This document shows, one piece after another, positions 43,543 through 53,146 of a stretch of 64,000 nucleotides of DNA; the stretch's first letter is position 1, and each line of letters opens with the position of its first letter. Position numbers and translations under genes: made by a program. A model generated the notes under the pieces. The model was not told the origin of the DNA. It ran no database searches and saw only the letters and a program-made list of their open reading frames with translations. The stretch covers positions 65,420 through 129,419 of the forward strand of contig CAYYWQ010000001.1 of NCBI GenBank assembly GCA_964474825.1. The letters run 5' to 3'. Source of the stretch: an uncultured Candidatus Saccharibacteria bacterium. Lineage in GTDB: Bacteria > Patescibacteriota > Doudnabacteria > UBA920.

Positions 43543-46500
43543 ATGGATAAAAAATCCCCACCAAACCATACCGGACACCATCCGCCCCACCAAAAAAGCA
43601 GTCATAGCGGACATCACGGGCACCATCATTCACATAATAACAACGAAGCCATGGAACAGGTTAAAATTAGCAGGGTAAAAAGGAATAAAAAGAAAATTAC
43701 TTCCAAAGAAAAGGTTTTGGCCGGTTTGGGCTTGGGCGCGAGTTTAATTGGCGGAGCAGGGGCGGTCGCGCCAAAACCCAGCCAGACCCAAATTGTGCGC
43801 AGCGACGACAGCCAGAAAACCGGAGCAAGCGGAAAAATTAAAGAAACTATTAAAAATATTTTTGGTGTAGGAAAAGCTAAAGCCGCGGAGTTGACCCCGG
43901 AGCAGCAAGCGGCTTTGTCAATATTGTCTTCAGGTTTAAATCCTGACGGAACGCCGGCTAGTCAAGAGGACTTGGCAGCGGCAAATCAAATTTATTACGG
44001 TCAGGTTTACAATAATCAATCCAATGTGGCCGGCGCTAATGCCGGAGTCCAAAACCCCGCAGATCCTGACGCGGGGAATAACGACGAGCCGCCTCCTGCA
44101 AATGTAGGAAACGACACGCAAACCCCTCCCGCAACCGGCGTTGATTTGACCGGCCTTACAACGGTTAAGGACATTAACGAATCCCGTACAGGAACGGTAA
44201 ACGTAAACGGGGTACCAACGCAGCTTTCGGTTATTGGCAGTGACGGGAGAATTTTTGACAATGAAGGACATGAGGTGACCGGTAATTTTTCCGCCACAGA
44301 ATTAGACGCCATACGCGCGGCTTTTAATAATGACAGTAATTTAGCTAACACCGGGGGCGGCGGAACAGACGGTGGCGGCTCAGGAGCCGGCACAGGAAAT
44401 GACGACCAAGGCGCTGCGACAACTCGGATAGACACCACGGGCGGACGCAGCGTACACCAGGTTTATCAAAACAACCAATGGGTAGATGCGCCGGAAGTTG
44501 GCGACACTTTTATAGACAGTGAAGGTAAAACACACAGAAACGTTGGTTCCGCAAATGGTTCCCCATATTGGATAGTGGAAGGCCAGGAAACCGGCGACGG
44601 CACACAAGAAGGCGAAGTTCGTTCCACACAAGAAGGCGGATTTTTGGCCTATCATAATGGAGACTGGACACAACCCCGCCCCGGCGACAAGTTTACGGAC
44701 GGCAGCGGACTTATTTATACATTTAGCCAAACCTTAACAGCACCGGGAAGTTGGGTGCTTGATGACGGTCAGCATACTACTGATGGTCAAGGTATTCCTT
44801 TGGTTTCCGTTGGCGGAGTTTGGCAGCCGGTTGGCCAAGAAAATAATAATCAAACACCGCCTGGCGCGGCTGTAATACCGGCGGGCCTTACCGTGGAAGA
44901 TGACATTAATAATTCTAAAAAGGGCACAGTTAGTATTAATGGCGAGTCAACGGTAATAAATGTTACGTTGGATCCTTATGGTAGCTATCATGTTTATAAT
45001 GACAAAGGAGAAGAAATAACCAGCACCATTGCGAATGTGAATGATTTAGGCCGGGCGTTTTTTGCGACCGACGACAACGGGGGCGACGAAACAGCCCATG
45101 AAGGGGATGTCAAATCCGAGGGAGGACTTGACTATATTTACCATAATAACCAGTGGGTCTTAAAAGACGGGAATGTAAAAATTGAGAACGGCAGGCACTA
45201 CCATACCGAAGGAGGCGTGTGGGTGGAAGACCAGGCAGAAGGCGAACAGCCCCACGAAGGTGAAAGCCGCAGCGCCGATGGCGGCATTGTGGTCTATCAT
45301 ATTGATTCAAACGGTAACGGCCAATGGACAGCTCCCCGCTCCGGCGACAAGTTCACGGACGGCAGTGGTTTTACTTATACCTTTGAAAAAGTTTTAACTG
45401 AGCCGGGCAGTTGGGTAATGGATAATGGCCAGCACACAACCAATGCAGCCGGGGAACAATTGGAATCACAAGGTGGCAAGTGGGTGGTAACTGGAACAGT
45501 TGTTTTGCCCTCAGCGGTTACAATCCCAACGGGCTTAACTTTAAAGGACGACGTTAATAATTCCAAGCAAGGCACAGTCAGTATAAGAGGTGTTAATACA
45601 GTAGTAAATGTTACAAGAGATTCGGACGGGAATTACCATGTTTACAATGAAAAAGGTGAAGAAATTACGTCCACAATTACTAACTTGGAGGAATTGGGGA
45701 ATGCCTTCTTCCGTTCTGGTGACGGCGGCGGAGCGTCTGGGATAAATTTAACCGGCCTTAGGACCACTCCTGACATAAATAGGTCCCGCACCGGCGTAAT
45801 TAAAATAAACGGAGTCAATACCACGCTGTCTATGTTGAGCGATGGCAGGATTTTTGACGACAGGGGTCAGGAAATAACAGACACTTTTTCTGAGAGTGAC
45901 CTCGCGGCAATCCGAGCTGCTTTTGCCGACGACGCTAACTTAGCTTCTGTGGCCAGGGAAGGGGACGTGAGGGACGACGCGGACGGTTTCCATTATACTT
46001 ACCACGGCACGCAATGGGTCTTAAACGACGGCCAGGAGCGGACCCGGAATACTTTTAAAGAAAGAAGTTTAGGCGGCGCTTGGGTGTTAGTAGACGGCCA
46101 GTCCGCAACCCGTGACGGGTTTAGGTATATTTCCCGCGGCGGAAGTTTTGTATTAGTAGACGGCCAGACAAAAACTGAAAACGGGAAGGGTTACCATACC
46201 GCAGGCGGGGTTTGGGTGGAAGACGGAGCGGCCGGTGTTTCCCCTGAACAGGCAAAAATAAATGCCGCTGGCGCGTCACTTTCTCGCGGGTCTTTAACTC
46301 CTGAGGCAATACAGCTTGGAATAAAAGACATGGCCGAGGCAAATAGTATTTATTATACGTTTTACGCGCAGCAGCAAAAAAGTGAAATGGTAACCAGCGG
46401 GGAGTCGCCGGTAGACGCCAATGGCAATGTAAGAACTGCTGCGGGTTGGAAGCAAATGGGTGACGGTATTTATTACAATACCAAAACAGGAATAACATCC

Positions 46501-49218
46501 AACCGCGACGGCAGTATACAGTCCCGAACTTCCGACGGTTTTGGCAACACCAGGAACCAAGCCTTTTTAAATGGGTTTACAGCTACCCCGCTTGCGAATT
46601 TAAGCCAGTACGGAGTTCCTTATACAGACAAGCATGGCAACCCTATTGGCGGAAAATCCAGTTACAACCCTGACTATTATGTGGACCAGGATACTGCCAC
46701 GGCTTTGGCTAAGGCATTGGGCCTTGAGGCAGTGTTAGTTAGCCCGGGCGGTGGCATGTTTAACATGCCTCCTGAATGGGGCATAAGGCTGCCTAACGGG
46801 GATATAATGTCAGCGGGCTTAACAGCCCACATGTATTTGAATAATCCCGTATCGGCAGACGAGATAGTCCGGCAAATGGTTAAGGCAGCGGGTGGAACTT
46901 TTACGGGAGCTGATTTTGGATCGGGCCGGTTAAATAACGTCAGCTCTACAGGCGCAGGGTCCACAGGATCGGGAACTACAGCTGTGTTACCAACGGGGCA
47001 AACTTTTAGTTTTATAAATGTCACCACAGGCAACAGTTCCATATTTAAAGTCGGCGACACTTGGAGAATGACTGTAAAGGGAGCACCGGATACAGATGTT
47101 TTTGTTGTTACTAGTAAAAATGGAGGCGCATCGGAAACAGTTAAAATAGGAAGGACAGATAAAGTAACGGGCGAATTTACCGTTAGTAAAACAATTGGCG
47201 TGGGCGACGTGGGTAATTGGTCGGAAACTTGGAAAGTCGGGGACGTAACAGTGGCGCAATTTAGCTTTACAGTAACCGCGGCAGCGACCGCTTTGCCTAA
47301 CCCGGCGGAAGTTTCTTTTACTTTTGTAAATAAAACCCATCCCGGCGCTTCGGTGTTTACGGTAGGGGACGAATTTGAAATTACCTTTACCTCTACGCCC
47401 AATACCAAAGTTTACGTAACTACTAACCATAATGGTTTTATTTCCAGCGAAGAAAGAGGAATCACGGGAGTAACTGACGGTAAGTTTGTGACAAGGGGAG
47501 TTATGAAAACCGAGCACATTGGCGATTGGTCGGAAACCTGGAAAGTGGGGGATAAAATAATTTCCTCCTTTACCTTTAAAGTCCAGGCCTCTCCCAGCGC
47601 GGCTGCCGCAGCTTTTACCCTGTCTTCTTCAACAGTGGCTTTGGTGCCCGGGATGAGCTTTAATGTTTCTATCCAAAATGCCGGGACAGAACAATTTACA
47701 GTTACTTCTTCTAACCCAAACGCGGTTAAGGCAACACTTAACGGCGGATCCATTGTTTTAACAGCCGGATCTTTTCCGGGCAATGCCGTAATTACCGTGC
47801 ATCCTAATTCTGCCGGCACCGCTACGGACAAAGACAAAACAATTACGGTTACTGTGGCGACCCCCGGAACAGTGGTTGTTTCCGGGACAGTCAGTTCTTT
47901 GACCCTGTCAAAAACTACTTCCTCTGTTGCTGTTGGATCAACCGACACGGTTATTGCTTTGGTAGCCATGACAACCGGCGCCAACAATGGTAATGTTTCC
48001 GTTACTTCTTCTGACCCGGCAAAAGTTACGGCAAGTGTTAATACCGCAACCGGTGTTATTACCTTGCGAGGAGTAACCGCCGGGACCGCAACAATTACTG
48101 TGCATCCGTTGAACGCCACCGATGCTTCCAAAGACAAAGTTATTGTTGTAACCGTAGCGGGGACAGTTTCTACTGCTCCGGTGGTTTCCCAAATTACCCC
48201 AAATTCCGCAGCGCGGGGAGAACACGGGACATTTGTTATTACCGGACAGAATTTGCAAAATGCCACCCTTTCGTTTGTTAATTCCACAGGCTTAACTCTT
48301 TCCAATGTCCAGGTAAATGCCTCCGGTACACAAATTTCCGCTTCGTTAAGCATCGCAAATACCGCGACTTTGGGACTGAATATTTTAAGGGTTACTACAG
48401 CAACAGGAAGTGCGGATACTACTTTTACGGTGAACGCTGCCGCTGCTTCGACTGCCGATAAAACATCCACCGGAACCGGAGCTAAGGATGACTTGGTTGT
48501 AACCACCACAGGGGGCAGTACCGGAACTCAAGGTACCGGAAGCGGCGGCACAGTAACCTATACTTCTTCCGGGGGAGGAGGAATTGTTGCCGGGGTTACG
48601 CCTTTCTTTACCACCATAAACCCGCCGAATGCAGCGGTGGGACAAAGCTACGGCGCTTACATTCAGGCCGTGAGCAACTACCCAATGACTTTTTCTATTA
48701 TTAATGGCACATTGCCTCCGGGTTTGAGCATGAATGACGCGGGTTATATTAGCGGTACTCCAATGGCTACGGGCAGTTTTACTTTTACCGTTAAAGCGGC
48801 AACTAACCAGGGAGTTATTTCGACTAAACAATTTATTCTTGTTGTGGGCAATGCGGGCAGTGTGTCTTTCTCTTCACAATACGGCGGTGCAGTAGCCGGG
48901 GTCCAAACTTTCCAGGGCCTGCAAATGCCTTCAGGGTATTCGGCTTCCACGGGCGGGTTAAAAATGCCCGCGGGTTATCCGGCTTCCGAGGGAGGATCCG
49001 GCCTTCAAATGCCCGAAGATGTTGGCAGGGACACAGAAAAAAGCGGTAAAAGTTACACAGTTAAAAAAGGCGACACACTTTGGAAGATTGCCAAAGCAAC
49101 TACGGGGGATGGGCGCAATTGGCGTAAAATTTTAGCTGAAAACCCAAAGAGTTTAAGCAGTCCCGGTAATACCAAGACTTTAAAAGTTGGGGCAGTACTA
49201 AGTATCCCGCAAATTTAA
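43543..49218 (+). CDS. Giant surface protein with His-rich N-terminus, internal tandem repeats, Big_2/Ig-like domains and C-terminal LysM
   Basis: 1891 aa; alt start ATG 43651 gives MEQVKISRVKRNKKK…GLGLGASLIGG matching paralog; four ~180-aa repeats (TGLTxxDDINNSKxGTVSINGxxTVxNVT…); BIG2-like FTVTSSNPNAVKATLNGG; C-terminal LysM YTVKKGDTLWKIAK…VGAVLSIP. Confidence 0.7.
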   Translation: MDKKSPPNHTGHHPPHQKSSHSGHHGHHHSHNNNEAMEQVKISRVKRNKKKITSKEKVLAGLGLGASLIGGAGAVAPKPSQTQIVRSDDSQKTGASGKIKETIKNIFGVGKAKAAELTPEQQAALSILSSGLNPDGTPASQEDLAAANQIYYGQVYNNQSNVAGANAGVQNPADPDAGNNDEPPPANVGNDTQTPPATGVDLTGLTTVKDINESRTGTVNVNGVPTQLSVIGSDGRIFDNEGHEVTGNFSATELDAIRAAFNNDSNLANTGGGGTDGGGSGAGTGNDDQGAATTRIDTTGGRSVHQVYQNNQWVDAPEVGDTFIDSEGKTHRNVGSANGSPYWIVEGQETGDGTQEGEVRSTQEGGFLAYHNGDWTQPRPGDKFTDGSGLIYTFSQTLTAPGSWVLDDGQHTTDGQGIPLVSVGGVWQPVGQENNNQTPPGAAVIPAGLTVEDDINNSKKGTVSINGESTVINVTLDPYGSYHVYNDKGEEITSTIANVNDLGRAFFATDDNGGDETAHEGDVKSEGGLDYIYHNNQWVLKDGNVKIENGRHYHTEGGVWVEDQAEGEQPHEGESRSADGGIVVYHIDSNGNGQWTAPRSGDKFTDGSGFTYTFEKVLTEPGSWVMDNGQHTTNAAGEQLESQGGKWVVTGTVVLPSAVTIPTGLTLKDDVNNSKQGTVSIRGVNTVVNVTRDSDGNYHVYNEKGEEITSTITNLEELGNAFFRSGDGGGASGINLTGLRTTPDINRSRTGVIKINGVNTTLSMLSDGRIFDDRGQEITDTFSESDLAAIRAAFADDANLASVAREGDVRDDADGFHYTYHGTQWVLNDGQERTRNTFKERSLGGAWVLVDGQSATRDGFRYISRGGSFVLVDGQTKTENGKGYHTAGGVWVEDGAAGVSPEQAKINAAGASLSRGSLTPEAIQLGIKDMAEANSIYYTFYAQQQKSEMVTSGESPVDANGNVRTAAGWKQMGDGIYYNTKTGITSNRDGSIQSRTSDGFGNTRNQAFLNGFTATPLANLSQYGVPYTDKHGNPIGGKSSYNPDYYVDQDTATALAKALGLEAVLVSPGGGMFNMPPEWGIRLPNGDIMSAGLTAHMYLNNPVSADEIVRQMVKAAGGTFTGADFGSGRLNNVSSTGAGSTGSGTTAVLPTGQTFSFINVTTGNSSIFKVGDTWRMTVKGAPDTDVFVVTSKNGGASETVKIGRTDKVTGEFTVSKTIGVGDVGNWSETWKVGDVTVAQFSFTVTAAATALPNPAEVSFTFVNKTHPGASVFTVGDEFEITFTSTPNTKVYVTTNHNGFISSEERGITGVTDGKFVTRGVMKTEHIGDWSETWKVGDKIISSFTFKVQASPSAAAAAFTLSSSTVALVPGMSFNVSIQNAGTEQFTVTSSNPNAVKATLNGGSIVLTAGSFPGNAVITVHPNSAGTATDKDKTITVTVATPGTVVVSGTVSSLTLSKTTSSVAVGSTDTVIALVAMTTGANNGNVSVTSSDPAKVTASVNTATGVITLRGVTAGTATITVHPLNATDASKDKVIVVTVAGTVSTAPVVSQITPNSAARGEHGTFVITGQNLQNATLSFVNSTGLTLSNVQVNASGTQISASLSIANTATLGLNILRVTTATGSADTTFTVNAAAASTADKTSTGTGAKDDLVVTTTGGSTGTQGTGSGGTVTYTSSGGGGIVAGVTPFFTTINPPNAAVGQSYGAYIQAVSNYPMTFSIINGTLPPGLSMNDAGYISGTPMATGSFTFTVKAATNQGVISTKQFILVVGNAGSVSFSSQYGGAVAGVQTFQGLQMPSGYSASTGGLKMPAGYPASEGGSGLQMPEDVGRDTEKSGKSYTVKKGDTLWKIAKATTGDGRNWRKILAENPKSLSSPGNTKTLKVGAVLSIPQI

Positions 49219-49317
49219 GAGCATAAACTAACTAGCGGACCTAAAATTAGGTTTGAAAGTTTTAGCTTTGGCGACCGTGTGCTATAATAAAAACCAACGT
49301 AATTAATTTATAGACAA

Positions 49318-50136
49318 ATGAATCACACACATCATCATGCAGTAAAAGATCCGGAGGCCGGCACAACCGCGGAATATTGCGCGGAATGCGAAAGAGATTC
49401 AGGCTCCTCTTACTTTGTTCCCGGGGCGGTTTTGGTTGGCGCAATATTAATTTCCCTGAGCATTTTCTTTAGCGGAAAAATGGTGGTTGGCAAGCTGGAA
49501 AACAGCGTGGCCGCAGCGCCGAGCCAACCCGTTGCTCTAGGACAACCCCAGCAAGCCGCGCCTCAACAGCCCACAGGCCCGGTAAATGTCGCGGCGCGCA
49601 GCGACCAGCCAACTTTGGGAAACAAAAGCGCTAAAGTTACTATTGTAGAATTTGCTGATTTCCAATGCCCGTTCTGCAAAAAATATTTCGATGAAACCTT
49701 TGCCCAAATTAAGTCTAAGTATATAGAAACCGGCAAGGTTAAGTATGTTTACCGACACTATCCATTGCCTTTCCATGTTAATGCCCAAGTTGCCGCTGTG
49801 GCCGCCGAGTGCGCGAACCAGCAGGGGAAATTTTGGGAATATCACGACGTGTTATTTAAAAACGGCCAGGCCGACGGCACCGGTTTAGACAAGGCGAGTT
49901 TGGAAAAATACGCCTCTGACATGGGTTTAAATAACGGCACTTTGGGTTTTGGTAAAAATAAATTTAACCAGTGTGTGGACGGTAACGCGACTTTGTCTAT
50001 AGTGCAGGCTGACAATACCGAAGGCAGCAAAGACGGCGTAAGCGGTACCCCGAGCTTCTTTATTAACGGTCAACTTTTAGTAGGCGCCCAGCCTTACAGT
50101 GCGTTTGAACAAGCTATAGAAGCGGCGCTTAAGTAA
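49318..50136 (+). CDS. DsbA-family thiol:disulfide oxidoreductase, membrane-anchored, His-rich N-terminus
   Basis: 272 aa; MNHTHHHAV…, one TM, thioredoxin CPFC motif (FADFQCPFCKKYF). Confidence 0.8.
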   Translation: MNHTHHHAVKDPEAGTTAEYCAECERDSGSSYFVPGAVLVGAILISLSIFFSGKMVVGKLENSVAAAPSQPVALGQPQQAAPQQPTGPVNVAARSDQPTLGNKSAKVTIVEFADFQCPFCKKYFDETFAQIKSKYIETGKVKYVYRHYPLPFHVNAQVAAVAAECANQQGKFWEYHDVLFKNGQADGTGLDKASLEKYASDMGLNNGTLGFGKNKFNQCVDGNATLSIVQADNTEGSKDGVSGTPSFFINGQLLVGAQPYSAFEQAIEAALK

Positions 50137-50176
50137 TAAGAAGATTAAGACCTGCCCGCAGGCAGGAATAAAAAAT

Positions 50177-50205
50177 GGATGACCCAAGCGGTCATCCATT
50201 TTTTT
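50177..50205. terminator. Bidirectional rho-independent terminator GGATGACC-CAAGC-GGTCATCC + T7
   Basis: 8-bp stem between convergent genes DsbA (+) and YYY membrane protein (-); A-run upstream, T-run downstream. Confidence 0.7.
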
Positions 50206-52273
50206 AATATATTTTGTAGAGTATTTTATTTCCTTGTTGGAATACCGCAAGTCCTAATTGACTGAACTTTTCTTCCTGTAAAAGCGGGTATGCTTCGTGT
50301 TCCAGGGAGCCAATGTAAACATATTTTGCGTTAAATTCTTTTAACAGGTTTTTTGCCACCGCCAGATCCTTTGTTTCGTAAAGCAATTTAACTTTGTCGG
50401 CAGTTCCGGCTACCGCGCCGTAGCCGGTTTCCAGCTGCATACCCGGTTTAATTTTTACGCCTTTAGGCAGGGTAAAGCGCCATGTCCATTCATGACTTTT
50501 CCAGTTAATGGGACTTATGGTGCCGGCAAAAACCGCAAAGCGTCCGTAATCTGAGTAACTGTCGCCAACTGCTTCCACCAAAACCACCGGTTGTTTTTGG
50601 TTTTGTTGCAGCCATTTTATGGCCGCAAAATCCTCGGGCGCAATCTTCTCCATGTAATCCAAGCCGTCTAAGGTCCCTTTGGGAGAAGGATCGTCAACGT
50701 AAAATTGCTCAACAGCCTGATAAGGGTAGTACAGGCCGGACAAAAAAGCTAAAAACAAAATAACAATAATAAAATTTCTTAAAGCGCGGGAACCGGAGCT
50801 TAAAATGTCCGGCCGCATAAACAGACTTTTGGCAAATATCATGGAAGCTAAAACCAAAAGTGTCCAGGTATGGAAGCCAAATTTAAACACTGTGTTGGCG
50901 CGGAAGAATGGGGGATTGGCCAAAAAATAAATATCTTTAACAAAAAATAATTCCACGGCCACCAATAAAATTAAAGCGGTAATAGTTAAAATTTTGGCAA
51001 AACTTTGTTTTTCCGCCACGCGTTTTTTCCCGGCAATCCAGGCTAAAATAATAATCCCTAAAAACGCCCCCCACATCCCCAGCCAGCCCAAGATTGGGGA
51101 AGGGAATTGGTAGCCGTGGAGTAATTTATTTTGAGCGGCAAAAGCCGGCGCAAAACCAAAACCCGGGGAGCCGCTTTGGAAACTTTGGAGGAAAGGAGAT
51201 ATTAATATTACTGCCGCCGTGCCCGAAGCCGCAGCGCCAACAATTACCCACTTCGCGGATTTAACAGATTCAATTAAAGAAGGTTTGGAACCGTAAACTT
51301 TGGCAAAAACCAAAACGCCGGTTAAAATCGCAAGGGTTACAAAATCCCAGGGATTTATTAGGGCTTCGGTGGCATAAGTTAAAGTTAAGGCTGCAAGTAA
51401 AGTTTTGGAAGGTTTTTCAGATTCGTAAAAAGCATAAAGCAGGCACACGGCGGTTAAAAAGAAGATCAACGCTAAAAGGTGGGCGTGCAAATCGCCAACT
51501 GTAAAACTGTAGGACGGGATTTCGTTAATAATGTAAGATGGTGTGTAGAGCCTGGTAGAACTGGCATAACTGCAAATGGAGTCGGAGGTCATTACGCAAA
51601 CGCTGTAAGCCATTGTTCCGGAAATTGTAACAAAAAATCCGGCAAGGACGGAAAAGAATTTTGATTTGGAAACTTCATAAGTTAAAAGGCCACTAAGCAT
51701 TGCGGCAGTGGAAAAAATAATACCTAAAGTAAAATTGTAAGCTAGGCTATAGGTGTTGCGGGAAAGGTTTGCCAGCAAAGAAAAAAGATAGTGTCCGTAA
51801 TAATAGTAGTTTACGGTTTTGCCTGCCCACCAGCCGTCTTGCGGAGGGAAGTAATTGGCATGGCCGGAAGCGTTAAAAAGCATCATGTCCATAAACCGTT
51901 CCGTGCCGGAAATGGCCGGGTGGTAGCTGCGAACCCATAAGTACAGGAAATATAAAATAAGCCACAAGGCTTCAATTTTTAAAATAGATTTAATTGGGAA
52001 TGTGTAACCGCCATTTTTAAAAATTAAGTAAGCAGATCCGGCAAGGGTAAGTAAAAATAAAACAGAAATTATCCCAATTTTTTGGAAATCTAGGATTTTT
52101 AAGGAACCAAGAAGCCAGATAAAATAGCCAAAAATTAAAAAGCCCAGCGGCTTGGCTACGGCATAGGCTAAGGAAAAATTTTTAAATAATTTACGCGTTA
52201 AAAGCAGCCCCGGCAGGGTAAAGAGGGAAAAACAGGCGTAAAATAGAAAAGCCAGTAAAAGTTGGTAAAGCAT
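50204..52273 (-). CDS. Large polytopic membrane protein of the YYY (DUF2298) family, glycosyltransferase-like
   Basis: 689 aa; >12 TM helices; NYYYYGHYLFS motif characteristic of chlor_Arch_YYY domain. Confidence 0.55.
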   Translation of the reverse strand: MLYQLLLAFLFYACFSLFTLPGLLLTRKLFKNFSLAYAVAKPLGFLIFGYFIWLLGSLKILDFQKIGIISVLFLLTLAGSAYLIFKNGGYTFPIKSILKIEALWLILYFLYLWVRSYHPAISGTERFMDMMLFNASGHANYFPPQDGWWAGKTVNYYYYGHYLFSLLANLSRNTYSLAYNFTLGIIFSTAAMLSGLLTYEVSKSKFFSVLAGFFVTISGTMAYSVCVMTSDSICSYASSTRLYTPSYIINEIPSYSFTVGDLHAHLLALIFFLTAVCLLYAFYESEKPSKTLLAALTLTYATEALINPWDFVTLAILTGVLVFAKVYGSKPSLIESVKSAKWVIVGAAASGTAAVILISPFLQSFQSGSPGFGFAPAFAAQNKLLHGYQFPSPILGWLGMWGAFLGIIILAWIAGKKRVAEKQSFAKILTITALILLVAVELFFVKDIYFLANPPFFRANTVFKFGFHTWTLLVLASMIFAKSLFMRPDILSSGSRALRNFIIVILFLAFLSGLYYPYQAVEQFYVDDPSPKGTLDGLDYMEKIAPEDFAAIKWLQQNQKQPVVLVEAVGDSYSDYGRFAVFAGTISPINWKSHEWTWRFTLPKGVKIKPGMQLETGYGAVAGTADKVKLLYETKDLAVAKNLLKEFNAKYVYIGSLEHEAYPLLQEEKFSQLGLAVFQQGNKILYKIY

Positions 52274-52338
52274 AGGAGGTTTTGGTTGCTCCAGTTATTT
52301 TATCATATTTTAAAAGAAAATTGGCAAGATTTTAAGTT

Positions 52339-52367
52339 TTGACTTTGGGTTTAGGGGTGGTATAATT
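52339..52367 (+). promoter_or_regulatory. Sigma70-like promoter TTGACT-16 nt-TGgTATAAT
   Basis: Near-consensus -35 and extended -10, 35 nt upstream of ATG 52402. Confidence 0.55.
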
Positions 52368-52401
52368 AAAGTAATATAAATATTTTACAGAAACAAACAA
52401 T

Positions 52402-52914
52402 ATGGATAACAACATTCCAGTAACAAGCGCCCCAGTGCCGAGTGGAAATAAAAATTATATAATAGTAGGCATTGTTGTTTTGGTTTTGCTGGCAGCGGGC
52501 GTTGTGGTAGCTTTAAAGTTAAAAAATAAAAACAAGCCTGCTGAGCAGCAGACCCAAAACGAGCCTCAGGCAATCATAAATAGGCAAGAGGTTCCCAAAA
52601 CCGAGAGGCCGGCAAATGTACCCAAGGATATTCCGGTGGAAAAATCCGCGGAAATTACCGCCAACAACAACATTGAGTTTAACGGGATTAAGGAAGGTCA
52701 GACCCAGTACACCAGTAACAAAACTTTGGCGGAAAATTATAAAACCTATATGGATTATTTGGCCAAAAATAATTGGGAAATTGTTTCCAATATGGATACT
52801 GAAAATTTTAAGGCAATAACCGCCAGAAAAAATGGAGAAACTTTTAGCGGAATATTTGACTTAAATAGTACCACCGGAAAAGTAAACGTAAATATTATGG
52901 TAGAGAGTAAATAA
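52402..52914 (+). CDS. Hypothetical membrane-anchored secreted protein (paralog of 55941 gene)
   Basis: 170 aa; N-terminal TM; C-terminal ENYKTYMDYLAKNNWEI… region alignable with 55941 product. Confidence 0.45.
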   Translation: MDNNIPVTSAPVPSGNKNYIIVGIVVLVLLAAGVVVALKLKNKNKPAEQQTQNEPQAIINRQEVPKTERPANVPKDIPVEKSAEITANNNIEFNGIKEGQTQYTSNKTLAENYKTYMDYLAKNNWEIVSNMDTENFKAITARKNGETFSGIFDLNSTTGKVNVNIMVESK

Positions 52915-52925
52915 TTTTTTCCAAT

Positions 52926-52961
52926 AAAAAATCCCCTTCAAATTTTGAAGGGGATTTTTAT
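52926..52961. terminator. Bidirectional terminator ATCCCCTTCA-loop-TGAAGGGGAT flanked by A5/T5
   Basis: Perfect 10-bp stem directly after 52914 stop. Confidence 0.7.
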
Positions 52962-53008
52962 ATTTTAGGTTGTGGCATTTTGGTTGGTTAATTATTTAGA
53001 GAGAGGGT

Positions 53009-53063
53009 GGGGGAAGGTAGAGGCTAATACTCTAAACTCCTTCCCCCCGTGACAACTACGTCC
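53009..53063 (-). other. Shared 3' element copy 2: hairpin GGGGGAAGG-21nt-CCTTCCCCC followed by CGTGACAACTACGTCC
   Basis: Aligns with 37290-37334 (CCTTCCC-CGTGAC-ACTACGTCC, 21/24 with gaps, plus similar GGAAGG/CCTTCC stems); lies ~85 nt 3' of the 754-aa GC-rich gene. Confidence 0.45.
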
Positions 53064-53146
53064 AATCCCCGTACTTACGGGAAGCGGACGAAAAACATAC
53101 AAATGAGAAAGGTCGTGTGGGACGCTGTGGTCCCCAGTGGAAAAGG

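Noticed and set aside
50147-50205. Similarity of CCTGCC-N4-GGCAGG and GTCATCC/GGATGAC between 27441-27497 and 50147-50205 as a dispersed element
   Set aside because: Shared blocks are only 6-7 nt; the second site is adequately explained as a bidirectional terminator.
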